In this document: piece by piece, positions 39,090 through 49,136 of the stretch
Layout of the letters: each line of letters begins with the position of its first letter
Position numbering within the stretch: the first letter of the stretch is position 1
Source of the DNA: an uncultured Collinsella sp.
GTDB lineage: Bacteria; Actinomycetota; Coriobacteriia; Coriobacteriales; Coriobacteriaceae
NCBI GenBank assembly: GCA_902496375.1
Contig: CABVAS010000001.1
Location: 1 to 54,675, forward strand
Length of the DNA stretch: 54,675 bases
Direction of reading: 5' to 3'
Position numbers and translations under genes: made by a program
Notes under the pieces: generated by a model
The model's input: only the letters and a program-made list of their open reading frames with translations
What the model was told of the DNA's origin: nothing
The model's database searches: none

Positions 39090-39156
39090 AGTTGCGGTGG
39101 AATACGGAGTAGATAAGGCCTTTGACAGCCAAAACAGTCCGTATTCCACCGCAACT
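39090..39156. repeat. 67-bp palindromic intergenic element, copy 5
   Basis: Close to copy 4, including loop and flanks. Confidence 0.9.
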
Positions 39157-39173
39157 GATAAGGGCGGGATGGG

Positions 39174-40391
39174 TTAGAGGCCCAGGTAGGATGTCATGCC
39201 TTCGACGGCGAGCTTGGTGCCGGCTACGGCATGGACGACCGTCAGCGGGCCGTTGACCACGTCGCCGGCGGCAAAGACGCCGGGCACGGTGGTCATGCCG
39301 TGCTCATCGACCGAAAGCAGACCGCGATGGTCGGTCTCCAAGCCGCCCGTCGTAAGCACGAGCTTGTCCTTGGGCACCTGCGAGGCCGCAATGACGATGG
39401 TGTCGGCCGCGGCATGGTCGAGCTCCTCCTCGTAGCCCACCACGTTGTTGTCCTCGTCGAAGATGGCCGTCTCGAACACGGGGCCGTTATCGTCGATGGC
39501 GCAGATGGCCTTGCCGCATACAATCTCGGCACCGTCGAGCTCGGTCAGCTCGACCTCGTCGTCAATTGCCGAGATATGGCGCGAGCGGGCATACACGGTA
39601 ACCTTGCGAGCACCCGAGCGCAGCGCGGTACGGGCAACATCCATAGCGACGTTACCGGCGCCGATAACCGCCACGTTCTGTCCGATCGCCACGCTCGTGG
39701 GATCAACCAGATAGTCGATACCAAACAGCACGTTACCGCGCGACTCGCCGGGAATCCCCAGCTTGCGGGCACGCCAAGTGCCGGTACCCACAAAGACCGC
39801 GTCATAACCGTCGCGCAGCAAATCGTCGATATGCAGCGCGCCGCCGATGGTGGTCGAGGGGCGCACGCGCACACCGAGCGAGCACATCACGTGGCGGTAC
39901 TTTTGCACCAGCGAGCGCGGCAAGCGGAACTCGGGAATGCCGTACTCCAGCACGCCGCCGATCTCGGGACGCTGTTCAAACACGGTGACAGCGCAGCCCA
40001 GCTGGGCCATCTTAATAGCCACGGTAATGCCGGCAGGGCCCGAGCCGACCACGGCGACCTGCTTGCCACACGACGGAGCAGGCTTCCACTCCTTGCGGTC
40101 GAGGTAGGCCGTGGAGATATAGTTCTCGATGCTCGAAAAATGCACCGGCGCGCCCTTACGGCCCTGAATGCACGAGCCCTCGCACTGGCCCGAATGGTTG
40201 CACACCATGGAGCAAACCGCGCTCATGGGGTTGTTCTGGAACAGCAGCTCGCCCGCTTCCTCCAGACGACGTTGCTTAAACAGATCGATGACCTGCGGAA
40301 TAGGCGTCTGCACCGGGCAGCCCTTGATCTGGCAGAACGCCTTTTTACAACCCAGACAACGATTTGCTTCCTCGACAATGTGGATAGCCAC
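39174..40391 (-). CDS. GltD/SudA-like Fe-S NAD(P)-dependent oxidoreductase
   Basis: EANRCLGC...C...CP, CSMVC...CEGSC, GSGPAG, YGIPEFRLP, FAAGD. Confidence 0.88.
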   Translation of the reverse strand: MAIHIVEEANRCLGCKKAFCQIKGCPVQTPIPQVIDLFKQRRLEEAGELLFQNNPMSAVCSMVCNHSGQCEGSCIQGRKGAPVHFSSIENYISTAYLDRKEWKPAPSCGKQVAVVGSGPAGITVAIKMAQLGCAVTVFEQRPEIGGVLEYGIPEFRLPRSLVQKYRHVMCSLGVRVRPSTTIGGALHIDDLLRDGYDAVFVGTGTWRARKLGIPGESRGNVLFGIDYLVDPTSVAIGQNVAVIGAGNVAMDVARTALRSGARKVTVYARSRHISAIDDEVELTELDGAEIVCGKAICAIDDNGPVFETAIFDEDNNVVGYEEELDHAAADTIVIAASQVPKDKLVLTTGGLETDHRGLLSVDEHGMTTVPGVFAAGDVVNGPLTVVHAVAGTKLAVEGMTSYLGL

Positions 40392-40487
40392 GCGATTCCC
40401 CTCTGATTCGCATCAACACAATAGCGGGCAGTTCCAGATGCTGCCCAGTACCGTCTAGCCGGCCGCCCGTAGCGACCGTCGGCCACG

Positions 40488-41393
40488 CTACATCTCCCGA
40501 TGCGCGCCTTCGCAACGGGCAGACATACGCTCGAGCGTCGTCAGACAACCAGCTGCTGTCGCCGGCACGCTGTTCTCGACCACACACGGAATACCCGGGC
40601 AGGCAGCGGCAGCCCAGGCAACGACGGGCTCAAAGTCGTAACGACCCGTCTCGCCCACGCCATGGCACACCAGACGCGAACCCGTGCCATCGCACCAGCC
40701 GGCCTCATCCTCGTTGTTCACGACCTCGTAGTCCTTGGCATGCAGCACGCGGACCTTGCTGCCGCACAGATAGAGCATGCGCGAGGTAATCTCCTGCGCC
40801 TCGTCGACAACGCTCGGATGCAGCAGCGACACCGGGTCGTAAATCACACCGAGCGCCGAACTCGGCACGCGCTCGAGCACCTCGCGGCAACGCTGGGGCG
40901 TGTTGACCGTCTCATTCCAGCCAGGCTCGATCAAAATCTGACCGCCCATTGCCTCGGCACGACCACAGACATACTTGAGACCGTCCACAAATGCGTCGAG
41001 CGCCTCGTCGGTCATGCGATCGTCCGCCACAGCGTTCTGCACGTTGGGACGACCGGTCTCGGTGCCCACCGGGCAGCCACCGAGCATCTTGGCAAAGTTC
41101 AGGCATGCCTCGTACTCGGCATAGCTATCCATGAGCTGTTGGCGATCGGGCGTCGCCAGGTTTTTATAGCAGCCGAACACGGCGACCGAGACGCCTGCCT
41201 CGTCGAGCACCGCACGCAGGTGGTCGGCAAGCTCGCGCGTCAGGCCCAAGCGGTTGATGCCCATCGACTTATAGAGCACCTTGCTCGGCAGCTGGATGCA
41301 CGAAAAGCCGAGCTCGCCCGCCATGCGAATGCGCTCTTCGACCGTTCCCTGCGGAAGGTCGTGCAGGCGCACGCCCGGAGTAATAGCCCCCAC
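40488..41393 (-). CDS. Sugar-phosphate isomerase/epimerase (TIM barrel)
   Basis: GVRLHD, GCYKN, VGTETG, IEP, YDPVS, LHAKD. Confidence 0.8.
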   Translation of the reverse strand: MGAITPGVRLHDLPQGTVEERIRMAGELGFSCIQLPSKVLYKSMGINRLGLTRELADHLRAVLDEAGVSVAVFGCYKNLATPDRQQLMDSYAEYEACLNFAKMLGGCPVGTETGRPNVQNAVADDRMTDEALDAFVDGLKYVCGRAEAMGGQILIEPGWNETVNTPQRCREVLERVPSSALGVIYDPVSLLHPSVVDEAQEITSRMLYLCGSKVRVLHAKDYEVVNNEDEAGWCDGTGSRLVCHGVGETGRYDFEPVVAWAAAACPGIPCVVENSVPATAAGCLTTLERMSARCEGAHREM

Positions 41394-41394
41394 G

Positions 41395-42633
41395 CTATTC
41401 ACGCCCCTTGCAAGCGTTGATGCCCGGGGTGTATCCGCCAAACGGATCCTCGATGGAGCACACGCCCGAAGGAGCAAGCGGGTCGCGCTTGCCGGCCAGT
41501 TTGTCGTGATGCATGGTCTCGATATAGGCGAGCACGAGCGGTGCCACGCCCTTCGCGTCGTTTTTGACGATGGGCTCGCTCATGTAGTAGCCAAAGGTGC
41601 CCTCGCGGTGCGTGGTGTTGCCCAGGCCCGCGACCAGGCAGATGTTGTCGAGTGCCAGCTGCCCATCGTGCTCGGACAGGCAGGTCTCGCAGATGCCGTC
41701 GAAGGCGCGACGGCCATACTGGTAGTAGCGCTCGCCCAGCACGCCCAGGCGCACGCCCTTCATGATGGCGTTGGCAAAGATGGCGCTGCCGCTCTCCTCC
41801 AGGTAGTTGGGGGCGATGTTGGGCAGGTTGATGACCTGGTGCCACATGCCGGTCTTCTCGTCCTGATACGGCAGCATGGCGTCGATCAAGTCGTGGAACA
41901 TCTTGCGGATCTCGTCCTTCTCGGCCGACATCGAGGGAGGCATGAGCTCCCACGTATCGATAAGCGCCATGGCAAACCAACCCTCGGCGCGCAGCCAAAA
42001 GTTCGCCGAAAGGCCGGTGACCGGATCGCACCAGAACTGCTTGCGGCTCGCATCGTAGGCGTGATAGTACAGACCGTTGAGCGGGTTGCGCATAAGATCG
42101 TGCACGACCTGGAACATATGGAAGCTGTCCGAGCAGGCGCGGCGGTTGTGGAAACTCAACTCGTACTGCATGTAGAACGGCTGGGCCATGTACATGCCGT
42201 CGAGCCAGATCTGGTTGGGGTAGACGGCCTTGTGCCAAAACACGCCCTCTTTGGTGCGCGGCTGGGTTTCGAGCTGGCGATAGATCGTGTCCATGGCGGC
42301 GCGGTACTTGGGCTTGCCCACCAGGTCATACAGCTTGTAGAGGGTCTTGCCCGCGTTGACGTTGTCGAGGTTGTACTCCTCGGGGTTGTAATGCTTGATG
42401 GTGCCGTCATCCTGGACAAAGAAGTCGATATAGTCGTCGGCGAAGGTCAGGTAACGCTGCTCGCCGGTGATCTCGTACAGCTCGATGAGTGCCTTGATCA
42501 TGCAGCCGTCAATGTAATTCCAGGTGTTCTCCTTGCCGGCGCGAAGCTTTTCGATATTCCAGGCCGGCGCCTGCGGCGTCGATGTCTCGATCAACTGCTC
42601 GATGTAGCTATCCAGAATCTGATTGCAACCCAT
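41395..42633 (-). CDS. GH105 unsaturated (rhamno)galacturonyl hydrolase, YteR-like
   Basis: WNYIDG, YNLDN, FWHK, QIWLDGMYM, GLYYHAYD, NDAKG. Confidence 0.92.
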   Translation of the reverse strand: MGCNQILDSYIEQLIETSTPQAPAWNIEKLRAGKENTWNYIDGCMIKALIELYEITGEQRYLTFADDYIDFFVQDDGTIKHYNPEEYNLDNVNAGKTLYKLYDLVGKPKYRAAMDTIYRQLETQPRTKEGVFWHKAVYPNQIWLDGMYMAQPFYMQYELSFHNRRACSDSFHMFQVVHDLMRNPLNGLYYHAYDASRKQFWCDPVTGLSANFWLRAEGWFAMALIDTWELMPPSMSAEKDEIRKMFHDLIDAMLPYQDEKTGMWHQVINLPNIAPNYLEESGSAIFANAIMKGVRLGVLGERYYQYGRRAFDGICETCLSEHDGQLALDNICLVAGLGNTTHREGTFGYYMSEPIVKNDAKGVAPLVLAYIETMHHDKLAGKRDPLAPSGVCSIEDPFGGYTPGINACKGRE

Positions 42634-42658
42634 TGCTGTCCCCTCTGACGTTGGTGAT

Positions 42659-42726
42659 GGGTGAACGTTAACCTTAGTGTAACGCGAACGGGGAATGTAG
42701 GGTGAACGTTAACCCTACATTCCCCG
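42659..42726. promoter_or_regulatory. Paired GGTGAACGTT(A/C)ACC operators; the second lies inside a 38-bp palindrome
   Basis: Sites at 42659-42674 and 42700-42715; palindrome at 42689-42726. Confidence 0.75.
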
Positions 42727-42740
42727 CGAACGGCAGACTT

Positions 42741-43412
42741 TTAGCGGCAAACGGCAGCTAAGCCCGCGGCAATGCGATGCGCCAGGCGCTCATAGCCAGC
42801 CGGGCTGTAGTGCAGGCCGTCGGGCATATAGAGCTCGCGATGCTCCGGCAAATACGGGCTGATGCCGCTCTGAGCGTACAGGTCGATCACCGGCACCGAG
42901 TAGCGGTCGCAGACCTCGAGCATTGCCTGCACGTACGCGCCCTGCGTCAGACCCAGATGGTTGAGCTCATTGCTCGCCGGAATATCCTTCTCGTGCTTGC
43001 CACTCGTTTTGCACGGCGTCATAAACACGAGCTTTGCCTGGGGTGAGCGCGCCGTGATGGTGCGGATCAGATAATCGACGGCACCATAGAACTCATGCAC
43101 ATCGGTGCTACCCAACTCGCCGAGCGGCACGTTGCGGCTAAAGTCGTTGACGCCGCCAAAGACGACATAGACATCGGCTGCGTCGTCGATACCGTCCAGA
43201 CGCTCGACAAACGAATCGGTACGGTCGGCCTTGATGGCGATGCGCGAACCCTTGATGCCATAGTTTTCGACGGTTGCACCACCGAGCAGCGCGCCCAGGT
43301 GCGAGGTCCACGAAATGTCGTTGCCTCCCCCGCCGCGGCCGTTGTCGCCCCACGTGGTCGAGTCGCCAAAGCAGCAGATGGTCGATTCGCTCAAGGTCTT
43401 CGTCGGTTTCAT
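42741..43412 (-). CDS. SGNH/GDSL esterase (possible acetylesterase)
   Basis: FGDS, NYGIKG, GGVND, DGLH. Confidence 0.9.
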   Translation of the reverse strand: MKPTKTLSESTICCFGDSTTWGDNGRGGGGNDISWTSHLGALLGGATVENYGIKGSRIAIKADRTDSFVERLDGIDDAADVYVVFGGVNDFSRNVPLGELGSTDVHEFYGAVDYLIRTITARSPQAKLVFMTPCKTSGKHEKDIPASNELNHLGLTQGAYVQAMLEVCDRYSVPVIDLYAQSGISPYLPEHRELYMPDGLHYSPAGYERLAHRIAAGLAAVCR

Positions 43413-43489
43413 GTTTATACTCCTCCCCGCCCACACGGCGATCTTTGGTCTTATCAGTCATTACCGTTTGCTCGCGCTACGCCCATGAC

Positions 43490-45652
43490 CTACGAGCAAA
43501 CCCCGGCAGCGTGCTCGTCGAGCCACTCGATGTCCTCGGCAAGATGTGCAACGCCCAAATGGTGCCCGCCCGGGCAAACCTCGTGCGACAGGCCGTCGGC
43601 ATGCCCCACGAGCTTATAGGCATCGCGAACGATATCGAGCTGCTCGTCCACGTTCGCAAGCCCACGGGCACCATTAAGATGATCGCCTTCGCAGCTCTGC
43701 ACCAACAGCGGTCGCGGAGCGATAAGCGAGGCAATGTCACCCATATCGAGCAGGCGCCACAGCCCCGGCACATAGTTGCAGCTGCAGTTGCCGTTGAGGT
43801 GCAGCAGAGAATCGTCGACACCGTACAGATAGCCCGAGACAAACGCCTTGCGCACGCGCGGGTCGAGCGCCGCCAGATACAGCGTCATGTATCCGCCGCC
43901 CGAAAAGCCAAAGCAGCCCAGGTCGTCCATGGCAATGTCGCCGCGCGCCTCCAGGTAATCGATCAGGCGCATGTTGTCCCAGGCGTTGAGGCCCGCAACG
44001 GTAAGACCCAGCGGCTCGGCCATGCGCGCCTGGTTTAGACACGTACCGCGCAGGAAGCTGTTCTCGTCGTCACCCTGGCCCTTCCAGTCGCGACGGTATC
44101 CCCAGCCGCGGGCGTCGGGGCAGACGGTCACATAGCCCATGCGTGCCAGACGCAGGCCGTAGTCGTAGTTGAACTTGCGCACGGCATCGTCGACCGCCGG
44201 CACGCCCGTCACGCCCGCAACACTTGCGGCTCCTGCTCCCTGATGGCCATGCGGGCAGACATAGCAACACTTGCGGCCGCGCGCATCGAGCTTAGGCGAC
44301 TGCGGCTCGAGCAGGTAGAACGGCATCCAAACGTCGCGCTCCACCTGCAGCATCGCATGGGTACGCACGATACCGCCGGCAATCTGCGCCCGATCGAGCT
44401 CGCATACCTCAATCGGCACACGATCCGTAAGTGATAGGCCCAACAGGTCAAACAGCCGAGCCCTCGTCGCGATCTGCCATGCTTCAAAGTCACCGGGCGT
44501 CGCGCCCTTAAACGCGGCAGAGCGGCCTTCGCTCTTAAGACGGTCGCGAAACGCCGGTTCATCTTCGTAATAGGTGTCGATATGCACCGTGCGACCGTTA
44601 TCGGAAAGGCCAGCGGTCTCCACGGCGCCACCCGAGCCGCCTTCGGGGTCCCAACCGTCCGCACCGGCAAGCACCTGCTCGCGGGCATACCGGGCAGTGG
44701 CTGCAGCATCGAGCTCGCGGGCCCATGGCACCCAGCCGGCAGTATCCCCTGCCGGCCCATGCAGGATTGCGCCGGCGTAGCATGCCCTCTCGTGCGCCGC
44801 CGGCTTATTCCAATCCCACCAACCTTCGCACTTGATGTGTTGCCCCAGCCAGCAATCGATCAACACGGTCTGCGCCCACTCGCGCCAAGGACGTCCCAGG
44901 TAAACCGAATCAGGCGCCACATCTTGCGCGGCCGTAAACGAGCAGCCGTGGAACACAAAACCGTACGGCTCCCCCTCGGGTGTCGATGCCGCCGTCACGT
45001 AGCCGTTCACGTCCATATTTCGGTTGAGCGAGCGGATCTCGCACCCCTCAAAATAGGCACGCGCGCCGCCAAAGATAAAGTCGACGTCGCCGGCGATAAG
45101 GCAGCGACGATAGCACTGCCGGCCCACGCGGCGTGGCGCAAACTGCTTGGGGCCGATAAACCCGCCCGGCTTTACCTCGCGCGGCGGCAGCGGACCCGCA
45201 AACAGCGTGTCCTGGTGGCCCGTAATGCAGCAGGCGTCGACCACCAAACGGTCGCCGTCGGCATACAGGGCAATCGCCTGCCCCACCTCGCGACCGTCTC
45301 CGGCATCGTTGACGATCGTGAGGTTCTCGAGCCGCACGTCATCGGCATCGACCAAAACGGTATAGGTCCTAAACGTGCCAAGCGTGCCGTCGACACCCGA
45401 GCCATCACTCGAGGGCATCTTGGCACCCAGGCCGCCCACAATGCGCACGCTGTCAGCCGTCTCGCCCACCAACGTCACATGCGGTCGATGAATCTCGACC
45501 CGCTCGCGATACTCGCCCGGATCGACATGAATCCTCACCGGTTGTTCAGCATTCGGATAGAGCTGATCGACTGCCGCCAAGGCCTCGGAAATGCTGCGGT
45601 ATGCCCCCTCACGCTCAGTCGATACTTCAAAAACTTGTTCTTCAATCATCAT
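43490..45652 (-). CDS. Pectin methylesterase (CE8) fused to an alpha/beta hydrolase
   Basis: GQAIAL, GHQDTL, GDVDFIFG, YLGRPW; C-terminal HGH, GFSGGG, GGHH. Confidence 0.88.
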   Translation of the reverse strand: MMIEEQVFEVSTEREGAYRSISEALAAVDQLYPNAEQPVRIHVDPGEYRERVEIHRPHVTLVGETADSVRIVGGLGAKMPSSDGSGVDGTLGTFRTYTVLVDADDVRLENLTIVNDAGDGREVGQAIALYADGDRLVVDACCITGHQDTLFAGPLPPREVKPGGFIGPKQFAPRRVGRQCYRRCLIAGDVDFIFGGARAYFEGCEIRSLNRNMDVNGYVTAASTPEGEPYGFVFHGCSFTAAQDVAPDSVYLGRPWREWAQTVLIDCWLGQHIKCEGWWDWNKPAAHERACYAGAILHGPAGDTAGWVPWARELDAAATARYAREQVLAGADGWDPEGGSGGAVETAGLSDNGRTVHIDTYYEDEPAFRDRLKSEGRSAAFKGATPGDFEAWQIATRARLFDLLGLSLTDRVPIEVCELDRAQIAGGIVRTHAMLQVERDVWMPFYLLEPQSPKLDARGRKCCYVCPHGHQGAGAASVAGVTGVPAVDDAVRKFNYDYGLRLARMGYVTVCPDARGWGYRRDWKGQGDDENSFLRGTCLNQARMAEPLGLTVAGLNAWDNMRLIDYLEARGDIAMDDLGCFGFSGGGYMTLYLAALDPRVRKAFVSGYLYGVDDSLLHLNGNCSCNYVPGLWRLLDMGDIASLIAPRPLLVQSCEGDHLNGARGLANVDEQLDIVRDAYKLVGHADGLSHEVCPGGHHLGVAHLAEDIEWLDEHAAGVCS

Positions 45653-45786
45653 CAGTCGCTACGCCCTTTCATCGCAAACCGTCTACGCTGCAGTTCCGGC
45701 ATATAAAGAGCACGTGCGATGGGTCGGGAAGGCCCCGTCCATCGCACGTCACAACATGCCGGATTCGATTGTTTAAGAGCAAACGC

Positions 45787-47382
45787 TTACGCGCGCACAA
45801 CCTTGTCGACGTTTTGGAGCTGCAGCTCCTCGCCGTCCTGGCCTTCGATGCTCACATTTTGCAGGTCGAGCACCTTGACGTTTTGTGCGATGATGCCCTG
45901 GCGCACCATGGGCTCGACGCCGCAGGCCATAGCCGGGACAAAGGGCTCGGCATCCGCGGCGAAGGTCACGTGGACATCCTGGAACGTCAGGCGCGTTACC
46001 TTGCTCTCGGGAAGGCCCGTGATGTAGGCAGCGGCGGCGTGGCAGTTGGTAGCCTCGATATCGCGGAACGTGGTGGCGCCAAAGCCAGGCGTACGGTCGT
46101 CGACGGGCAGTGCCTCGCGGTTCTGGACGTAATCGGTCTTGCCGTCCTTGTCGCAGAAGTAGAACGAGTTGACCACGAAGGGCGTGAGCACCTTGTCCAT
46201 ACGAATGTGCTCGAAGGTGATGCCCTCGTTGACGGCGTCCTTGCCGCGACCGCGACGGGTCTTGACGCGCAGGCCGCGATCCGTGCGCTCGAACAGGCAC
46301 TTGCTCACGGTAAGGTCCTTGATGCCGCCGGCGGCCTCGGAACCCAGAACCACGGCACCATGGCCATCGTGCATGTAGCAGTGCGAGATCAGTACGTCGT
46401 GCGTTGCGGGGCGAAGCTCAGGCTCAATGCCCAGCTTGCCGCTCTTGATGGCGATGCAGTCGTCGCCCACCGAGAACTGGCAGCCCAAGATGCGAACAAA
46501 GCCGCAGCTCTCGGGATCGAAGCCGTCGGTGTTGTGGGAGTTCTTGGGGCCCTCGATGGACAGGCAGAGTGCATCGACGTGCTCGCACAGGATGGGATGG
46601 ATGTTCCACGCCGGGCTGTTGCGGACGGTGAAGCCGGCCAGGCTCACGTTCGCGCACTCGGACAGGAAGATCATGCGCGGACGGGCGACCTCGCGGCCCT
46701 CCTCGGGACGGAAGATGTTCTTAAAGTCCTTGTTCCACCAGTTGTCCTCGGCAAAATCGGTCTGGCCGTCAATTGCACCGCGGCCATAGATGCACACGTC
46801 GTGCACGCTCAGGCCGGTAAAGGTGGAGCAATAGGTTGCAAAGCTCTCGCCCTCCCAACGGCCCAGCGGGGTCATGTCGGTACCGGCGTAACCGGCGCCC
46901 TCGTCGCCCTTGACCGTACCGGGGATGTAGGCAAGTGCCGCGCGGTCGTGGCGGGCCAGCAGCACGGCGCCCTCGGCGAGCTCGATGTTGATATTGCTCT
47001 TGAGGAAGAGCGACTTGATGCGGTAGTTGCCGGCGGGAATCAGCACGCGACCACCCTTGGGACAGGCCATGATGGCGGCCTGGATGTTGGTGGTGTCGTC
47101 GTGCTTAGCATCGCCCTTGGCGCCGCAGTCGCGAACGTTAATGGTAAAAGGCTCCGCCGGCGTGGTGACGCCCACACTCAGCTCGCGCTCGCCGCAAACA
47201 AAGCGGACCAAGTTGCGCTTGCCGGGAACCAGGCCGTCGACATAGGTCTCGACCGTGTCCGTGGTGCCGGCGGGCTCGTCGTTGACAAAGATCTCCCACG
47301 TATCGGCGCAGGTAAAGTAGCCGCCGTCGTCGAGCTCGATCACGGCCGCGCGGGCGTTGCGCCAGACAACGTTCGTCTCCAT
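45787..47382 (-). CDS. GH28 (exo)polygalacturonase
   Basis: NTDG, GDDC, GHG, RVKT. Confidence 0.92.
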   Translation of the reverse strand: METNVVWRNARAAVIELDDGGYFTCADTWEIFVNDEPAGTTDTVETYVDGLVPGKRNLVRFVCGERELSVGVTTPAEPFTINVRDCGAKGDAKHDDTTNIQAAIMACPKGGRVLIPAGNYRIKSLFLKSNINIELAEGAVLLARHDRAALAYIPGTVKGDEGAGYAGTDMTPLGRWEGESFATYCSTFTGLSVHDVCIYGRGAIDGQTDFAEDNWWNKDFKNIFRPEEGREVARPRMIFLSECANVSLAGFTVRNSPAWNIHPILCEHVDALCLSIEGPKNSHNTDGFDPESCGFVRILGCQFSVGDDCIAIKSGKLGIEPELRPATHDVLISHCYMHDGHGAVVLGSEAAGGIKDLTVSKCLFERTDRGLRVKTRRGRGKDAVNEGITFEHIRMDKVLTPFVVNSFYFCDKDGKTDYVQNREALPVDDRTPGFGATTFRDIEATNCHAAAAYITGLPESKVTRLTFQDVHVTFAADAEPFVPAMACGVEPMVRQGIIAQNVKVLDLQNVSIEGQDGEELQLQNVDKVVRA

Positions 47383-47431
47383 GGATTTCTCCCTCAAAAA
47401 GATTCTCTAAGAGTTAATTGTACGCTGTTGC

Positions 47432-47477
47432 AAAAAAGGGCCGTACCTGCCGGCGGATATCCGGTGGCACAGCCCTG
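47432..47477 (-). terminator. Intrinsic terminator after the MFS gene
   Basis: GC-rich stem followed by U6 on the - strand. Confidence 0.6.
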
Positions 47478-47499
47478 TGGTTTGGACGATAGGCTAGCC

Positions 47500-49059
47500 C
47501 TACTCGGCGGGGATTACGCTGCCGTCCTGGAAGCCAACGTTGTTGTGAGCGAAGCAGTCCTCGTACTTGAAGCCGGAGAGTTCCTCGCAAAGAGCCTTGA
47601 CCTCGGGCTGGACGTCGGCCATCTTGCCGCCCTCCTTGACGCGCTTGATCTCGTCGCAGAGGATGTCGCACTGCTCCTTGTCGATCTTGATGCCGCGGGC
47701 AAGGATAGCCGCGAGCAGGAAGAAGCCGGCGCAGCCGATAAGCATGTAGCCGCAGATGTACAGAGGCACGGTGGCGGGCTGGGTCACGGCGTCGCTGTTG
47801 CCGGCGGTCTGAATGAAGCCGGAGGCAGCAAGGACGATAGCCCATGCGTTGACGGCGATAGCCTGGGCGATCTGCTGGCAGAGCTGCTGAGCGGAGCTGT
47901 AGATGCCCTCGCGACGACGCAGGGTGATGAGCTCATCGACATCGGGGATGTAGTTGAGCAGAACATCGGGCAGGTACTGGAAACCAACGTAGAAGAACTT
48001 CCAGATGGCGAAGATGATGGGGTAGGCAATCATGGCGATGGCGACCGTGGAGGTGCCGTTAATCTGACCAAAGGCGAAGTAGTTGTAGGCGATGATGCAC
48101 GCAGCGCAACCGACGTTGGCCAGGTACCAAGACTTGTGGAAGCCCTTCTTGGCCATGAGGGCAACCCAGATGGCGGTGCAGACGATAGCGACGACCTTGC
48201 CGGGCATCTCCATCACGGACTCATAGGACTTAGGAATCTGCAGGCAGTAGACGATGAAGAAGGACAGGCACGCAGACCAGCAGGCAGCAGCGAGCTTCGT
48301 GGAGACCTGTGCATACAGGACCTTGCGGAAGGACTTATTGCGGAAGGTAGAGACAACGTCGATGAAGAACTTCTTGATACCCTCGCCGACGCTCTCGATC
48401 TTCTCCTGAGCCACCTCCTCGGGGGTGTGCTCCCACGTGGACAGGTACACGCACAGCAGCGAGATTGCCATGACCGAAGCGTTGACCGTAGCGATGATGA
48501 AGTAGCTGAACGGGTTGGTCTCGCCGAAGGTGCCAAAGCCAAAGCCGACGAGTGCTGCCATCAGGAAGCCGGCGGCGTTACCAAAGAGGTGCTTGTAGCC
48601 GGTGAGGTACGTACGCTCCTTGAAGTCGTCGGTCATCTCGATGGTAAGCGGCGACAGGTTGGCGGTGCAGAACGTGTACGCGACGTTGTAGATCAGGTAC
48701 AGCACAAAGTAGTACGGGAAGCCAAACGGCGTAGCCACGAAGATGAGCGGCTCGGCGATCATCATCGGGATGGCCAGCAAGATCCAGAAACGACGACGAC
48801 CAAAGATGCGGCCAATCTTGGTGGCATAGAAGTTATCGGCCACAAAGCCCATCAGCGGACAAAGAATGGCGTTGACATAGATGGCAAACGAGCTGATCAG
48901 TGCAGCCTCGCCTGCGGACAGGCCACACTCCGTGGACAGGAACAGCACCATGTAACTGTGCGTAAAGGTCAGGGCACCGGAATTGAGCATACCGCCCATA
49001 CCAAAGCCCAAGCGCGTCCAGAATGTGATCTTGCGCTTTTTTCCGATCTTATTAGTCAT
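47500..49059 (-). CDS. GPH/MFS oligogalacturonide transporter (TogT-like)
   Basis: IGRIFGRRRFW, EMTDDFKER, PDVDELITLRRREGIY. Confidence 0.85.
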   Translation of the reverse strand: MTNKIGKKRKITFWTRLGFGMGGMLNSGALTFTHSYMVLFLSTECGLSAGEAALISSFAIYVNAILCPLMGFVADNFYATKIGRIFGRRRFWILLAIPMMIAEPLIFVATPFGFPYYFVLYLIYNVAYTFCTANLSPLTIEMTDDFKERTYLTGYKHLFGNAAGFLMAALVGFGFGTFGETNPFSYFIIATVNASVMAISLLCVYLSTWEHTPEEVAQEKIESVGEGIKKFFIDVVSTFRNKSFRKVLYAQVSTKLAAACWSACLSFFIVYCLQIPKSYESVMEMPGKVVAIVCTAIWVALMAKKGFHKSWYLANVGCAACIIAYNYFAFGQINGTSTVAIAMIAYPIIFAIWKFFYVGFQYLPDVLLNYIPDVDELITLRRREGIYSSAQQLCQQIAQAIAVNAWAIVLAASGFIQTAGNSDAVTQPATVPLYICGYMLIGCAGFFLLAAILARGIKIDKEQCDILCDEIKRVKEGGKMADVQPEVKALCEELSGFKYEDCFAHNNVGFQDGSVIPAE

Positions 49060-49136
49060 CGAGCTCCCTCTCTTTTCTCGATTGTCTTTGAACAAGACAT
49101 TGAAGTCCACACCGACGTCTGTCTGCGTGGCGTTCA

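Noticed and set aside
7838..39156. 67-bp elements as integron attC sites or CRISPR repeats
   Set aside because: Ends read GTT...AAC, the reverse of attC RYYYAAC...GTTRRRY; copies are dispersed rather than arrayed; no intI or cas gene is present
39174..40391. Glutamate synthase (gltD)
   Set aside because: No gltB adjacent; only family-level similarity can be supported
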